Below, piece by piece: positions 1 through 9,558 of a stretch of DNA of 64,000 bases (position 1 is its first letter; every line of letters starts with the position of its first letter). A model generated the notes under the pieces. It searched no databases and was not told the DNA's origin. It saw only the letters and a program-made list of their open reading frames with translations. Both the position numbers and the translations under genes were made by a program. Origin of the DNA: Dehalococcoidia bacterium (GTDB lineage Bacteria; Chloroflexota; Dehalococcoidia; Plut-88900); assembly GCA_965197585.1 (NCBI GenBank), contig OZ240215.1, positions 2,656,001-2,720,000 of the forward strand. Direction: 5' to 3'.

Positions 1-886
1 TCCCGACCACCTGCTGCCCGCCCTGCTGAGGCCCGCCGAGAAGCGCGCCCTCGACCTGCTCTCCGACTGGCCCTGGCTCAGCATGGGAGACCTGGCCGGG
101 CTGCTGGGGGTCTCCCGCCCGCGGGCCTCCCAGGTCAGCGCCGCCCTGGAGGGGTTCGGGCTTCTCATCCGCACTCCCGCCTCGGGCCGCCGTCTCGCAC
201 TCACCGATACGGGACTGGCTATGCTGGCCCGCAGGGACCGCGCCGCTGTCGGCGGGGCCAGGAAGCGGTGGAGCGCCGCTCCGCAGGACGCCGGAGACTG
301 GCGCAAAGTCTCCGGCAGGCACAGCCGCCAGCTCCTGCGCAATATGGAACACACGGCGGCAGTCCACGCCTTCATGGCGGCACTGGCCCGCCAGTCCCGT
401 GACCTCGGTTGGCAGATCGCCCAGCTCGACCCGCCCCGCAGGGCCTCCCGCTACTTCCGGCACCTCGGCGGCATGCGCTCGATACACCCGGACGCCTTCG
501 GTCTCCTGCGGCGGAGCGATGCGGCCTGGACCTTCTTCCTGGAGTGGGAGCGCCGGGCCGTACGGCCCGTCACCATGGCGGCACGCCTTGCCCCATACCT
601 GCGCTACTACTCAACACACCGGCCCACCGACGACCACGGTGCAAGGCCCGCCGTCCTCGTGGTCTTCCACGAGGAGCTGGCGGCCACCCACTTCCTGCGC
701 GTTGCGCTCGAGGAGATGGTCAGGACGAAGACCGTCCTTCCCCTCCTGGTCTCCCACCGGGGACTCCTGGAGCGGGAGGGCCCGCTGGGACGAGCATGGC
801 TCGCCCCGGGCGGCGGCTGGGGGCCGGAATTCCCGATGCCGCAGCCCGCCGCAATCCAGTCCGGGACGGGAGACCGCAAGTCGTGA
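1..886 (+). CDS. Replication-relaxation (Replic_Relax-like) protein, probably 5'-truncated by the window edge
   Basis: wHTH-like N-part, HTAAVH, PDAFG...FFLEWER (PD-(D/E)xK-like) and LAPYLRYY motifs; frame is open back to the window start. Confidence 0.6.
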   Translation, partial: PDHLLPALLRPAEKRALDLLSDWPWLSMGDLAGLLGVSRPRASQVSAALEGFGLLIRTPASGRRLALTDTGLAMLARRDRAAVGGARKRWSAAPQDAGDWRKVSGRHSRQLLRNMEHTAAVHAFMAALARQSRDLGWQIAQLDPPRRASRYFRHLGGMRSIHPDAFGLLRRSDAAWTFFLEWERRAVRPVTMAARLAPYLRYYSTHRPTDDHGARPAVLVVFHEELAATHFLRVALEEMVRTKTVLPLLVSHRGLLEREGPLGRAWLAPGGGWGPEFPMPQPAAIQSGTGDRKS

Positions 887-1641
887 GGCTCTACTACATA
901 GCAGAGTCCGAGGGCCCTCGCTGTTACGTCCGAACCGCCCTGGGCGTGGACGCCGATCGCTGGAACGACCTCCAACGCCGCGTATACGAATGGCGGTTAG
1001 AACTGCATTACAGCTATGCATTCCCCATTGACGGGGAGCTTCGCACCTGCGACCTTCTGGGCGGTCGAGGCCAGCAGGCCCGCATCGGCGACGCCGACCG
1101 CAGGCTCGGACCTAGGCCGATGTCTGAAATCTTCACCGGCGGGCTGCGTGTCATCGAGGACGCCGCCCGCACCATAGGCGGCGTCGAAGTCATCAACGTC
1201 TGCCTCCGTAAGCCCGACGTGAAGGGCTACGAGCGGGTCAGTCTCGACCGGCTCTTCAACCGCATCAACACTTCGGTCGCATCGGCGGCCTGCCACGCCT
1301 TCCTCATCTTCGACGAAGGCCGGGAGGAGATGATAACCTGCCTCTACCGCAGGCTCAGGAGCCGCAACGCCGTACCCAGCAGGTACGAGGCGTGGGAGGA
1401 CGGCGAGCGTACGAAGGACATACCCATAGAGAGAGTCATCGGAGACCCCGCCTTCCGAAGCTCCCACTCAGACTATTTGCTCCAGATTGCCGAACTCATT
1501 GCCCACGCCCTCCTCATGCAGGAGGATGGGTCTTCGCCCAGGGTGGAGTGCCTGGGCATCGACCAGGCATTGGGAATCCTCGACCGCGCCCTCAATCGGC
1601 GGGCGTCGCGGCCAGACCCTCAGGGTGTCGTAAGGAGATGA
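883..1641 (+). CDS. DUF3800-like protein with degenerate acidic motifs
   Basis: GTG start overlaps the upstream TGA (GTGA); motifs LYYIAES, LIFDEG, LLQIAELIAH resemble DUF3800 YxDES/DE/QxAD. Confidence 0.6.
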   Translation: MRLYYIAESEGPRCYVRTALGVDADRWNDLQRRVYEWRLELHYSYAFPIDGELRTCDLLGGRGQQARIGDADRRLGPRPMSEIFTGGLRVIEDAARTIGGVEVINVCLRKPDVKGYERVSLDRLFNRINTSVASAACHAFLIFDEGREEMITCLYRRLRSRNAVPSRYEAWEDGERTKDIPIERVIGDPAFRSSHSDYLLQIAELIAHALLMQEDGSSPRVECLGIDQALGILDRALNRRASRPDPQGVVRR

Positions 1642-1703
1642 AAGAGGGGGAGGGCACTTACCTATACAGTAACTACTATTAGTAGACTGCCAAAAGAGTT
1701 GCC

Positions 1704-1728
1704 CAGTATATACCCTGCGTATATACTG
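1704..1728. promoter_or_regulatory. Perfect palindromic operator-like site CAGTATATAC-N5-GTATATACTG
   Basis: 10-bp inverted repeat 43 bp upstream of the zinc-ribbon gene; extra GTATAC at 1749. Confidence 0.5.
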
Positions 1729-1770
1729 AAAGGTAAGCTTAGCAGGTGGTATACGTTGGAAGATACAATC

Positions 1771-1938
1771 ATGGAAAAACCTGGCGTGTTCCAGATCACG
1801 GCGTACCGGTGCCGCTGCGGGCACGAATGGGTTCCCAAGGCCCTCCGGCAAGTCGAGCGGCCCAGAGTATGCCCAAAATGCAAGAGCGCAAACTGGGATA
1901 AGCCGTACCAGTTTCGTAGGGCGAACCGACGGGAATAA
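1771..1938 (+). CDS. Small zinc-ribbon protein, putative DNA-binding regulator
   Basis: CRCGHEW...CPKCKS..W pattern in a 55-aa basic protein. Confidence 0.7.
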   Translation: MEKPGVFQITAYRCRCGHEWVPKALRQVERPRVCPKCKSANWDKPYQFRRANRRE

Positions 1939-2119
1939 CCTTTATCTCTCAAGGAAAACTCCAGTGCGTCATCACGGGCAGATTTCGCAACGATACACCT
2001 GAGGAAAATGTCCGAACCCATCTTGAGAGACCCCGGACACACGGGATGGTACAACTGCAGCTTCTGACGGCCGGAACTACACACAGCTGAGGGGAATAAC
2101 CCCAAGGAACTTTTCACCG

Positions 2120-3385
2120 ATGGCAGTTTCTCCAGAAACGGCATCCATCTCAAAATTCCCGGAAGGGTTCGACTACCACTCCGACCTGCGACAAGCCGCA
2201 ACAGCCCAAGACCTAAGAAAAGCTCCCCGGCACCGATGGTTTTACTTCCCCCACAGCTACTCTCCCCTACTGGTCTATAAAATACTGGAACAATGGGAAT
2301 TATCGGAGAACGCAACTCTTGCCGACAACTTTGTGGGGTCCGGAACAACCCTGGTGGTAGCTCGCGAAAGGGGCTTAAAGGCTATGGGTTACGATCTATC
2401 TCCCCTAGCAGTGATGGCAACCAATGCCAAAATAGCATCCTACAAACCAACACAACTGAAGTCCACACTGACCGAAATTCTGAAGGCTAAGGATTCCGAT
2501 GCAAATTTCGCAGATATCCCCAAAAGGCTCACGAGAGCATTCACTAAGATGGAACTGAATGAGATCTGCCAGATCGCCAACCGCATCAACCTGCTTTCCG
2601 GAAACCAGCACAATTTCTTTCTGACCTCATTGCTGTCCACAGCACGGCAATTCAGCCGTGCTGTACCGGATGGAGGATGGTTCAGATGGAAGGATTGGCC
2701 TGACCAAAGCAAAGAAATAAGATCAAACTTTCAATTAATTACCGCGGGGATGATAGATGACGTATCAGAAACAAGTTCAGGGACAAAATACAGATATCGA
2801 AAAGCTCGATTGGCAGACGCACGCAAATTACCGCTGAGCGGACAATCCATCGACGGGTTGATAACATCACCTCCATACGCGAATCGACACGACTACTCCC
2901 GGGTCTTTCACATCGAACTGCTCCTAATGGGATCGACGGAACCCGAAATCACGAGTCTCAGGCATAGCTCCCTCAGGTCTCACGTCGAGGCCAGACGCCA
3001 AGAGAGCTATACAAACCGTCTACGAAGATACAGCAAACCTCAGATACTCGACAATATCCTGACCTCACTTCCGGATGATTCAGATAAGAGAATCAGGCCG
3101 ATGCTGGAAGGTTACTTCGAGGACATATTTCTCTCACTTCAGGAAGTACACCGAGTTCTCAGAAACGGAGGGCGGGCTGCGTACATCGTAGGGAATGTGC
3201 GCCACTCGGGCATCATGGTTCCAGTCGACGAAATCATAGGGCAGATTGCCACCCAGACCGGGCTTACACTACAAGCCGCGTGGGTCATGCGACTCAGGGG
3301 GAACAGCGCCCAGCAGATGAGAGAGTTCGGACGTGAACCATCCCGAGAATCAATCCTGTTCTTGTCGAAGATATCCGATGCCTGA
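2120..3385 (+). CDS. Site-specific DNA methyltransferase (N4-C/N6-A; SPPY suggests m4C)
   Basis: Motif I DNFVGSGTT, motif IV ITSPPY, LQEVHRVLRNGG. Confidence 0.9.
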   Translation: MAVSPETASISKFPEGFDYHSDLRQAATAQDLRKAPRHRWFYFPHSYSPLLVYKILEQWELSENATLADNFVGSGTTLVVARERGLKAMGYDLSPLAVMATNAKIASYKPTQLKSTLTEILKAKDSDANFADIPKRLTRAFTKMELNEICQIANRINLLSGNQHNFFLTSLLSTARQFSRAVPDGGWFRWKDWPDQSKEIRSNFQLITAGMIDDVSETSSGTKYRYRKARLADARKLPLSGQSIDGLITSPPYANRHDYSRVFHIELLLMGSTEPEITSLRHSSLRSHVEARRQESYTNRLRRYSKPQILDNILTSLPDDSDKRIRPMLEGYFEDIFLSLQEVHRVLRNGGRAAYIVGNVRHSGIMVPVDEIIGQIATQTGLTLQAAWVMRLRGNSAQQMREFGREPSRESILFLSKISDA

Positions 3386-4385
3386 ATACTGGATGCGCTC
3401 GATTGACTTCGCAAAAGCAGCCAATCTATTAAGGCTGATCATAAACTCACCGGATAAATGGTCAGCGAGCGAACTCAACCGCGCTGGCATCGACTCAGGC
3501 ATATTCAAAACATCGGAAGGTAAACCATTCGGTCCAACAAGTTGCTACCGGTATCGCAGAATCCTCGAAAAACTAGATTTGGTAAAAAAAAGGAACCGGA
3601 GGTTTATAGCGAATCTGAATCCCGCCGAATGCGAGCAGATGCTTACACCCAACGACAGAGAGAACCTGAGTGAAGAGCAGAGAGTCGTACTCGGAAACCG
3701 GGTAGTCTGTAACCCGGATTGTTACCAAACGTTCTGGAGAGCGTTCATGCCGTCGAAGAAACCAAACTCACTCAACGAGTTTATCGACGACAGTAATCCA
3801 ATCACCATGAGTCCGATGATTGGACCCAAGAAAGCACGAAAACGCAGCTATGTTACTATCAAGCGTTGGGCCCATGCGGACATTCCCATGGAGCATAGAG
3901 GGTACAATGCAATCCAGGCAATCCACTTCGGCATGCGAAACTGGGGGGTTAACCAGTTAGGATTCCTAGACGAATTCTATCAAGTTGGACAGGGGTATCA
4001 CATAATTCCAGTCCGACCAAATCAACACGAAAACACAGAAACTATCGAGAGAGCGATAATTGAATCTCTCGAATTCCGCGATAATTGGGCTATGTCCAGC
4101 ATAAGTGAGCTCTTACTAAGAGTCTGTGCGAAACTGAAAATTCCAACAGTGGCAGTCCGTTCCGTTTTACGAAACTGGATAGGGACTTATCCCAACTTCG
4201 TAGCTCCAGTAACGGTGAGCAACCGGATGATTCTCTCTGCTCAACCGGAAAAAGTGATCCATCCGATCCTCAAAGGATTCCTAAGACTAAGCACGGGTGA
4301 ACACGTATCACATTTACAAATACACAACAATTTGAAAAGTAGACTCATCCCAACATTCCAAAAGGAGGCATCCATTGGATCCTAA
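3378..4385 (+). CDS. Hypothetical protein with probable N-terminal winged-helix domain
   Basis: ATG overlaps MTase stop; N-terminal helix-helix-LEKLDLV-beta wing pattern; no family recognised. Confidence 0.7.
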   Translation: MPEYWMRSIDFAKAANLLRLIINSPDKWSASELNRAGIDSGIFKTSEGKPFGPTSCYRYRRILEKLDLVKKRNRRFIANLNPAECEQMLTPNDRENLSEEQRVVLGNRVVCNPDCYQTFWRAFMPSKKPNSLNEFIDDSNPITMSPMIGPKKARKRSYVTIKRWAHADIPMEHRGYNAIQAIHFGMRNWGVNQLGFLDEFYQVGQGYHIIPVRPNQHENTETIERAIIESLEFRDNWAMSSISELLLRVCAKLKIPTVAVRSVLRNWIGTYPNFVAPVTVSNRMILSAQPEKVIHPILKGFLRLSTGEHVSHLQIHNNLKSRLIPTFQKEASIGS

Positions 4386-5547
4386 ACCAGGAATGGAAAA
4401 GTTTGGGCTGAAGTTCAATCCTTTCCCGCCAGCAGCAGCAGGGGTCGCATTTGGGGAAGCGAATTGGATTCCCGATTCATGGGCAGACGAAATCACCGGG
4501 AAGATCGAACAACTCTCATATACAGAGGGATATAAAGCAATAGCAATAGTCGGAGCTTACGGTGCCGGCAAGACATTTCTGCTCCAGTGGATTATGGAAA
4601 ACCAATATCCTGCAAAACGGATTAAAGCATACTTCATAGGCAATCCCGGAGTAACCTTCTACAATCTAGCAGATCAACTCTTCCGACAGGTCGGCAGGTA
4701 TGAGTTATCGAAAGGAATATGGGAATTGCTCAATAGAGACATTCCCGACCACGCGTTGCAGGCAGAATTCTTCAAACGTGATTTTTCGGTATGGCTTAAT
4801 CGACTCAGAGATCGCGACAGACGGGATGAAGGCATAAGGGACATCCAGCAAGCAATCAACAAACAGGGAATAACGGAAGACGAAGAAATAGCATTCCGCT
4901 TCGGACAGATGATAGTAGATACCAAGGATCGTCCCTATTACCGATTCCAAGACTTCGTACCCCGTTCTCGCAGCACAGTGGTAGCCGAAAACCGAGAAGG
5001 AGAGTACTTCAACACGATCATTCGCTTCCTACAACAGATATACGGCGCAGCAGGGATAGCCTTTATGATCGATGAATTCGAGGATGCGGCTCTTGGAAAA
5101 AGACTATCCAGGAGACAGAGCGCAGAATACCATGCAACACTCAGAAATCTATTGGACACAGCCCGTGACGAAGACTTTTGGTTGACACTATCAAGCACTC
5201 CACTTGGGTTCGAACAGACTAGGAACCTAGAACCTGCCTTGATGCAGAGGTTCGGATCTGAATTTCACATTCCACGCCTGACGGACCAAGACGCGTATGA
5301 ACTGGCTTACCACCGATTGAAAAACGCAAGATTTGAGGACACCCCCGGTGGCCTATGGCCATTTGCCGAAAACGTCGTTTTACATATCACGGAAGCCAAC
5401 CGTTCCTGGCCTCGGGGAGTGGTAAAGATTCTTTCTCAATCGCTGACGTTAGCAATTCGAGAAGGGATAGGTCCACCCATCCCTAACGCACTGGTCCAAA
5501 AAGTTGAGCTAGGCCTCCAGACCTATCGGGTAACACAAGATGAATGA
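4375..5547 (+). CDS. P-loop/AAA+ ATPase
   Basis: N-terminal FNPFP, Walker A GAYGAGKT, Walker B MIDEFE, ALMQRF arginine-finger-like motif. Confidence 0.85.
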   Translation: MDPKPGMEKFGLKFNPFPPAAAGVAFGEANWIPDSWADEITGKIEQLSYTEGYKAIAIVGAYGAGKTFLLQWIMENQYPAKRIKAYFIGNPGVTFYNLADQLFRQVGRYELSKGIWELLNRDIPDHALQAEFFKRDFSVWLNRLRDRDRRDEGIRDIQQAINKQGITEDEEIAFRFGQMIVDTKDRPYYRFQDFVPRSRSTVVAENREGEYFNTIIRFLQQIYGAAGIAFMIDEFEDAALGKRLSRRQSAEYHATLRNLLDTARDEDFWLTLSSTPLGFEQTRNLEPALMQRFGSEFHIPRLTDQDAYELAYHRLKNARFEDTPGGLWPFAENVVLHITEANRSWPRGVVKILSQSLTLAIREGIGPPIPNALVQKVELGLQTYRVTQDE

Positions 5548-6310
5548 AAACCCGAAGAAAATAGCCTTCATGGATACCAATGCGCTCCTGCGAATGTTCA
5601 TATTCTGGGAAGCCTGCGAATTGGCCGACACCGCCATGGTGGACGTCAAGGACTGGAAAGAACTAAGAGCGTCTCTAACAAAACAAAACATACCTATCTT
5701 GGATCAATTCAATGAAAGTGAATTTAGATACATTCAAAACGGTCTAAAATGCTTCGAGGCACTCCATAAGGCCAATCTGGATTACGATTTCTTCTCTTGC
5801 CAAGTATGCCGCGCCGAGATGCACCGGGTCATCTTGTCCTCTCATGCGCACGAACGGTTACATCGGCATAGAGTTCCTTTGTCACTTCAGCAAATCCGGC
5901 CATTGATCCTGCATCGCAGAGTCTTGTATGACTCGGACTACCAACGAATCGACCAGCAAATCGACCGATTCTTCTGCACGCTCCGATTCACATATAACAT
6001 CGACATCAAAAACGTTGAGGATGAAGCTCACGGAGACGACACAAGCGTAGAAGAGATTTTTTCGATCGCTCGAGCCGTATGGTCTCGTATATTAACCGGG
6101 ACCATGGATGCCTACATCTACGCAGCTGCGGTAGCCTGCCAAGCCGATTGTTTCCTAACTTCGGATGATGCACTTAGGGAAACCGCAAATAAATTCAGTA
6201 ATCCAGATAACGAGTGGAAAGAAGTTGCAGAGGCACTCCGCCAAAAGCTCGGGCGCCCAGAAACCTCAAAGTTCCCGGCGGGATGTCACCTCAACATCAC
6301 GTTACCCTAG
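5540..6310 (+). CDS. PIN-domain nuclease
   Basis: FMDTNALL, central E, DAYIYAAA and FLTSD catalytic pattern. Confidence 0.8.
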   Translation: MNENPKKIAFMDTNALLRMFIFWEACELADTAMVDVKDWKELRASLTKQNIPILDQFNESEFRYIQNGLKCFEALHKANLDYDFFSCQVCRAEMHRVILSSHAHERLHRHRVPLSLQQIRPLILHRRVLYDSDYQRIDQQIDRFFCTLRFTYNIDIKNVEDEAHGDDTSVEEIFSIARAVWSRILTGTMDAYIYAAAVACQADCFLTSDDALRETANKFSNPDNEWKEVAEALRQKLGRPETSKFPAGCHLNITLP

Positions 6311-6819
6311 AAAACAATTAGGACATCCTTGCAAGCTTACGGTGTTTGAAAAAATGTCCAAGAACAACAGCAAAGCCGCTGCGACATACACTCCTGACCA
6401 CAGGAGTGTGGTCGGCAGAGTCGTACAGGGTGCCGCCATCGGGATTTTCACCCTTACTATGCCCTACTCGATAACCTTGTTCAGAGTATCCATAACGACT
6501 CTTGGAATAGAACGCTGATTCTTTGGTGCAAAGCTCCCCCTTCAGGTACACGGGGATGTCCACGAAGCTCCGAGCCCCTGATTGGTTGGTGAGGCCCCTT
6601 ACATCCTCTTGCGGGTTGCACTCGTTGTCCTAGACATACAGGGGAAAGTGTATCTGGCCTCCGACCCTTCCATGCGCTCGTAGCTGCTGGGCGGCTCCCA
6701 GTGGGAGTCGGCGGAGACAGCGCATTCGGGGATGAGGTCAAAGGTCCCTTGGCTGGTCATGAGCGCCATGGCTGAGGACTGGACGCCCCACCAAGGCTGA
6801 TGACGGTCAGGGCTTTTCA

Positions 6820-7113
6820 TCACCGCAGGGCCTCGATGTCCAAGCCTTCGGGCATGTCCTGGTCGGGGCACATCAGGATCCCGTCCCGCAGTCCAATCCC
6901 CTCGGCCAGTGTCAGCAGCAGGAAGAGATGGGCGGGGCTGGGGGCAACGCCCCTCTCTCGCCACTTCCAGAGCCGGTAGGGCCTGACGCCGAGAAGGCGT
7001 GCCAACCCCTTCCAGCTCAGCCCGCTCGCCTCCTTGAACAAAGCAAGCCGCTCGGGGAAGTCTGTGGGGAAGTCGAACTGGACGGGCCGGTGTACCTGCC
7101 GCTGGATTCCCAT
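6820..7113 (-). CDS. XRE-like HTH protein
   Basis: FKEASGLSWKGLARLLGV..LWKWR HTH; paralog of 7118-7450. Confidence 0.75.
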   Translation of the reverse strand: MGIQRQVHRPVQFDFPTDFPERLALFKEASGLSWKGLARLLGVRPYRLWKWRERGVAPSPAHLFLLLTLAEGIGLRDGILMCPDQDMPEGLDIEALR

Positions 7114-7117
7114 TGCT

Positions 7118-7450
7118 CTAGCCCTCCCCGTTATCCCCGGACAGTCCGAAACCTACGTCCAGGGGAGCCTGATAGGTCCCGGTGGGCGGGATGACGTCGA
7201 CCCCCATGAGTGTGTGAACACCGCCGGGTATGCGGGCGGCGAGCAGGATGAGGGCGCACAGCCCGTCCCCGCTGGGCCTGGTGCCCTTGCGCCACCTCTG
7301 GAGCTGGCGGGGATCCACGCCCAGGCATGCGGCCAGGACGTCCCAGGAGAGGCCGGTGGCCTTCTTGAATACGTCGATGCGCCCGGCGAAGTCCTGCGGT
7401 ATGAGGCCGTCGTCGACGATCAGGTGGGGCGGAATGAGGCCGCCTCTCAC
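7118..7450 (-). CDS. XRE-like HTH protein
   Basis: GTG start coupled to upstream stop with GGAGG RBS; FKKATGLSWDVLAACLGV..LQRWR. Confidence 0.7.
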   Translation of the reverse strand: MRGGLIPPHLIVDDGLIPQDFAGRIDVFKKATGLSWDVLAACLGVDPRQLQRWRKGTRPSGDGLCALILLAARIPGGVHTLMGVDVIPPTGTYQAPLDVGFGLSGDNGEG

Positions 7451-7686
7451 GAGACCACCTCCAGGATGAACAGGTCCTCGAAGCGGGTGATGCCCAGGGC
7501 CTCCATGAGCCGCTTGCGAAGCGCCGCCGAGGGGCGGCGCGTGCCGGACATGAGCTGAGAGAGGTAGCCCGACGAGGTGCCGGCCCTGGTGGCCAGATCG
7601 TTCTGGCTCATGTTGAGCCGGTTGAGCAGCTCCCATGCTCTGCGGGTATTGAGCCTGACCCGAGATGAGGGTTGCCTGCGCTTCAT
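7447..7686 (-). CDS. Cro/XRE-family HTH regulator
   Basis: MSQNDLATRAGTSSGYLSQLMSG. Confidence 0.85.
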   Translation of the reverse strand: MKRRQPSSRVRLNTRRAWELLNRLNMSQNDLATRAGTSSGYLSQLMSGTRRPSAALRKRLMEALGITRFEDLFILEVVS

Positions 7687-7856
7687 GCCCCGCCCTCCTT
7701 TAGTGCCTTCCCGGACTCGTCCCCTGCCGCCCCCTCACCGTACAGGTGGGGATTGGCGAGGTAGTGGCGTGCGATGATGCGGGCCAGTATCCGCAGGCCC
7801 TCTTGGCGCTGCCGCTCCTGCTCATTCGTCAGCTTTCGCTTTCCCCTGCCGTTCAT
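7683..7856 (-). CDS. Small hypothetical protein (GLRILARIIAR)
   Basis: 57-aa ORF whose stop overlaps the next ATG and whose 3' end carries that gene's RBS. Confidence 0.6.
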   Translation of the reverse strand: MNGRGKRKLTNEQERQRQEGLRILARIIARHYLANPHLYGEGAAGDESGKALKEGGA

Positions 7857-7899
7857 GCGGTCCGTCTCTCTCTTGGAGTCTGGGCGCAATGAAGGGCTG

Positions 7900-8144
7900 G
7901 CCCTGGTGCGCTCCGGTGTCGTATACTGTGTCAAGTGATAGAACAAATAGGCTATGTGCGCAAGTGTAACAATAATAAATGATGAGATGCAATGGTTGAA
8001 AGGCGGTTTTGGCACCGTTGGCCGGGGTTTGTTGACAATTGCTTGCTCCTGAGTGACAATTATCTGGCTATAAGTTAGCAGATATATAGCTGGCAAGAAG
8101 TGCGCACAAGTGTACGCTATCAGGACTGCGAAGGGAGATCCACC
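7900..8144. promoter_or_regulatory. Divergent promoter/operator region of the element's genetic switch
   Basis: AT-rich spacer between divergent HTH genes with repeated CAAGTGT and TGACAATT motifs. Confidence 0.5.
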
Positions 8145-8576
8145 ATGGGCGAGCCTGGCGACAACCGGGACGTTGAGCCACGGCAGGAAATCGAGGGCAA
8201 CGAGGAGGTCGGTCCGCTCCTGCGGCGGCTGCGCGGAGACCTGAGCCTGCGGGACGTGACCCGGCGCACGGGCATCTCCGCCTCCTACCTCTCCCAGATC
8301 GAGCGGGGCGACCGAAGGCCCGGCGCCAACATGATTGGCAAGTTGGCCGCCGTCTACAACGTGGACCCCAGAGAGCTGATGAAGCGGGCCGGTCGAGCGG
8401 GCAGGCCCAACCCCTACAGCGATGAGGCCCTGGAGGTGGAGAGGGCCTATCGGTACGTGCTGGACGACCCTGCCTTCCGCGTGGGCACCAGGCCCGACGG
8501 GCCCCTCTCCGTCAGCGCAAAACGGTTCATAGTCGAGATGTACGAACGATTCACCAACAAGAGGCTGCTGGAATGA
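8145..8576 (+). CDS. XRE-family repressor (ImmR-like)
   Basis: LSLRDVTRRTGISASYLSQIERG; coupled to ImmA-like gene. Confidence 0.85.
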   Translation: MGEPGDNRDVEPRQEIEGNEEVGPLLRRLRGDLSLRDVTRRTGISASYLSQIERGDRRPGANMIGKLAAVYNVDPRELMKRAGRAGRPNPYSDEALEVERAYRYVLDDPAFRVGTRPDGPLSVSAKRFIVEMYERFTNKRLLE

Positions 8577-9490
8577 ACAGGACGAGAGAGGACTTCTGTC
8601 GAGACTTGCTGGACGGCGATTCCGTCCTTCACGAGCCCCTGGACCCGGAACGCCTTGCCGCCCGCTTCGTGCGCTTCTTCAGGCTCTCCGGCCGCCCTGA
8701 TTTGGGCGAGCTGAAGGTCATGCTGAGAGAGACCGGGTTCGGAGAGGTGCGGCAGTGGGAGATGAACGGACTGAAGGGCGCCCACATTGGCCGGCCCAGG
8801 GGCCACTACGACATCTATTACCGCCAGGGCCTGTGGGATGGGAGCAGCACCTACACGGTGCTCCACGAGACTTGTGAGATCATCCACGAGACCCTGTGCG
8901 ACATGCAATCGGACTCCCCGCCGGAGCGGAAGGTGTGCAGGGAGGCCGACCGGTTCGCCGCCGCGGTCCTGATGCAACCAGGGGCCTTCGGGCCCATGGC
9001 CAGGAGGTCCGGGCTGGACGTGCTGGTCCTGCAACAGGCGTTCCACTGTTCCTACGCCGCCGTGACCCTCCGGCTGGCCGAGGTTGTGCGAGATCTACCC
9101 CTCATGTCGGTCCTGTACGAACGGGAGGAGAGGGGCGACCCTGCGCTCTGGACCGCACCACCCTCACTCCGGGCGACGGTGGTGCGGCGCACGGGAGGTT
9201 TTGGGACGCAGGAGTCCTTCCCCATCAGTGGTGAGCATAGCGGGTTGCCCCGGAGGGGCATGACGCCCGCACCCCGCTCCATGGCGGACCGGGCCATCCG
9301 GTACGGCAAGTCGCAATACTCCATTGAAGACGGGGTGGCGGTCATAGCCCGGCCTCTCCATTGGAAAGGGAGACTGGCCAAGGTGGTAGTCGTGGCCGTG
9401 CACAGCCGGGACTTTGCCGTCCTCGGGCCTCAGTTGCTGGCCTCCGATGCTGGTTGCCGCAGGCGGGCCTTGGCAGCGGTTCCCTGGTAG
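8573..9490 (+). CDS. ImmA/IrrE-family metallopeptidase-like protein
   Basis: TVLHETCEIIHE and EADRFAAAVLM, then HTH (FHCSYAAVTLRL) and GAF-like tail. Confidence 0.75.
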   Translation: MNRTREDFCRDLLDGDSVLHEPLDPERLAARFVRFFRLSGRPDLGELKVMLRETGFGEVRQWEMNGLKGAHIGRPRGHYDIYYRQGLWDGSSTYTVLHETCEIIHETLCDMQSDSPPERKVCREADRFAAAVLMQPGAFGPMARRSGLDVLVLQQAFHCSYAAVTLRLAEVVRDLPLMSVLYEREERGDPALWTAPPSLRATVVRRTGGFGTQESFPISGEHSGLPRRGMTPAPRSMADRAIRYGKSQYSIEDGVAVIARPLHWKGRLAKVVVVAVHSRDFAVLGPQLLASDAGCRRRALAAVPW

Positions 9491-9558
9491 TTGGAGGCCG
9501 GTAGTCCGTTGATGTATAGTAAGACAGGCTAATACTGCATGAGGCAAAAAGAGAGACG

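Noticed and set aside
2120-6310. Calling the cassette BREX or a classical RM system
   Set aside because: No PglZ, PglX-size MTase, BrxC, helicase or recognisable REase within it
6318-6820. Several short ORFs at the cargo/backbone junction
   Set aside because: No recognisable motif; possibly a gene remnant but not supportable
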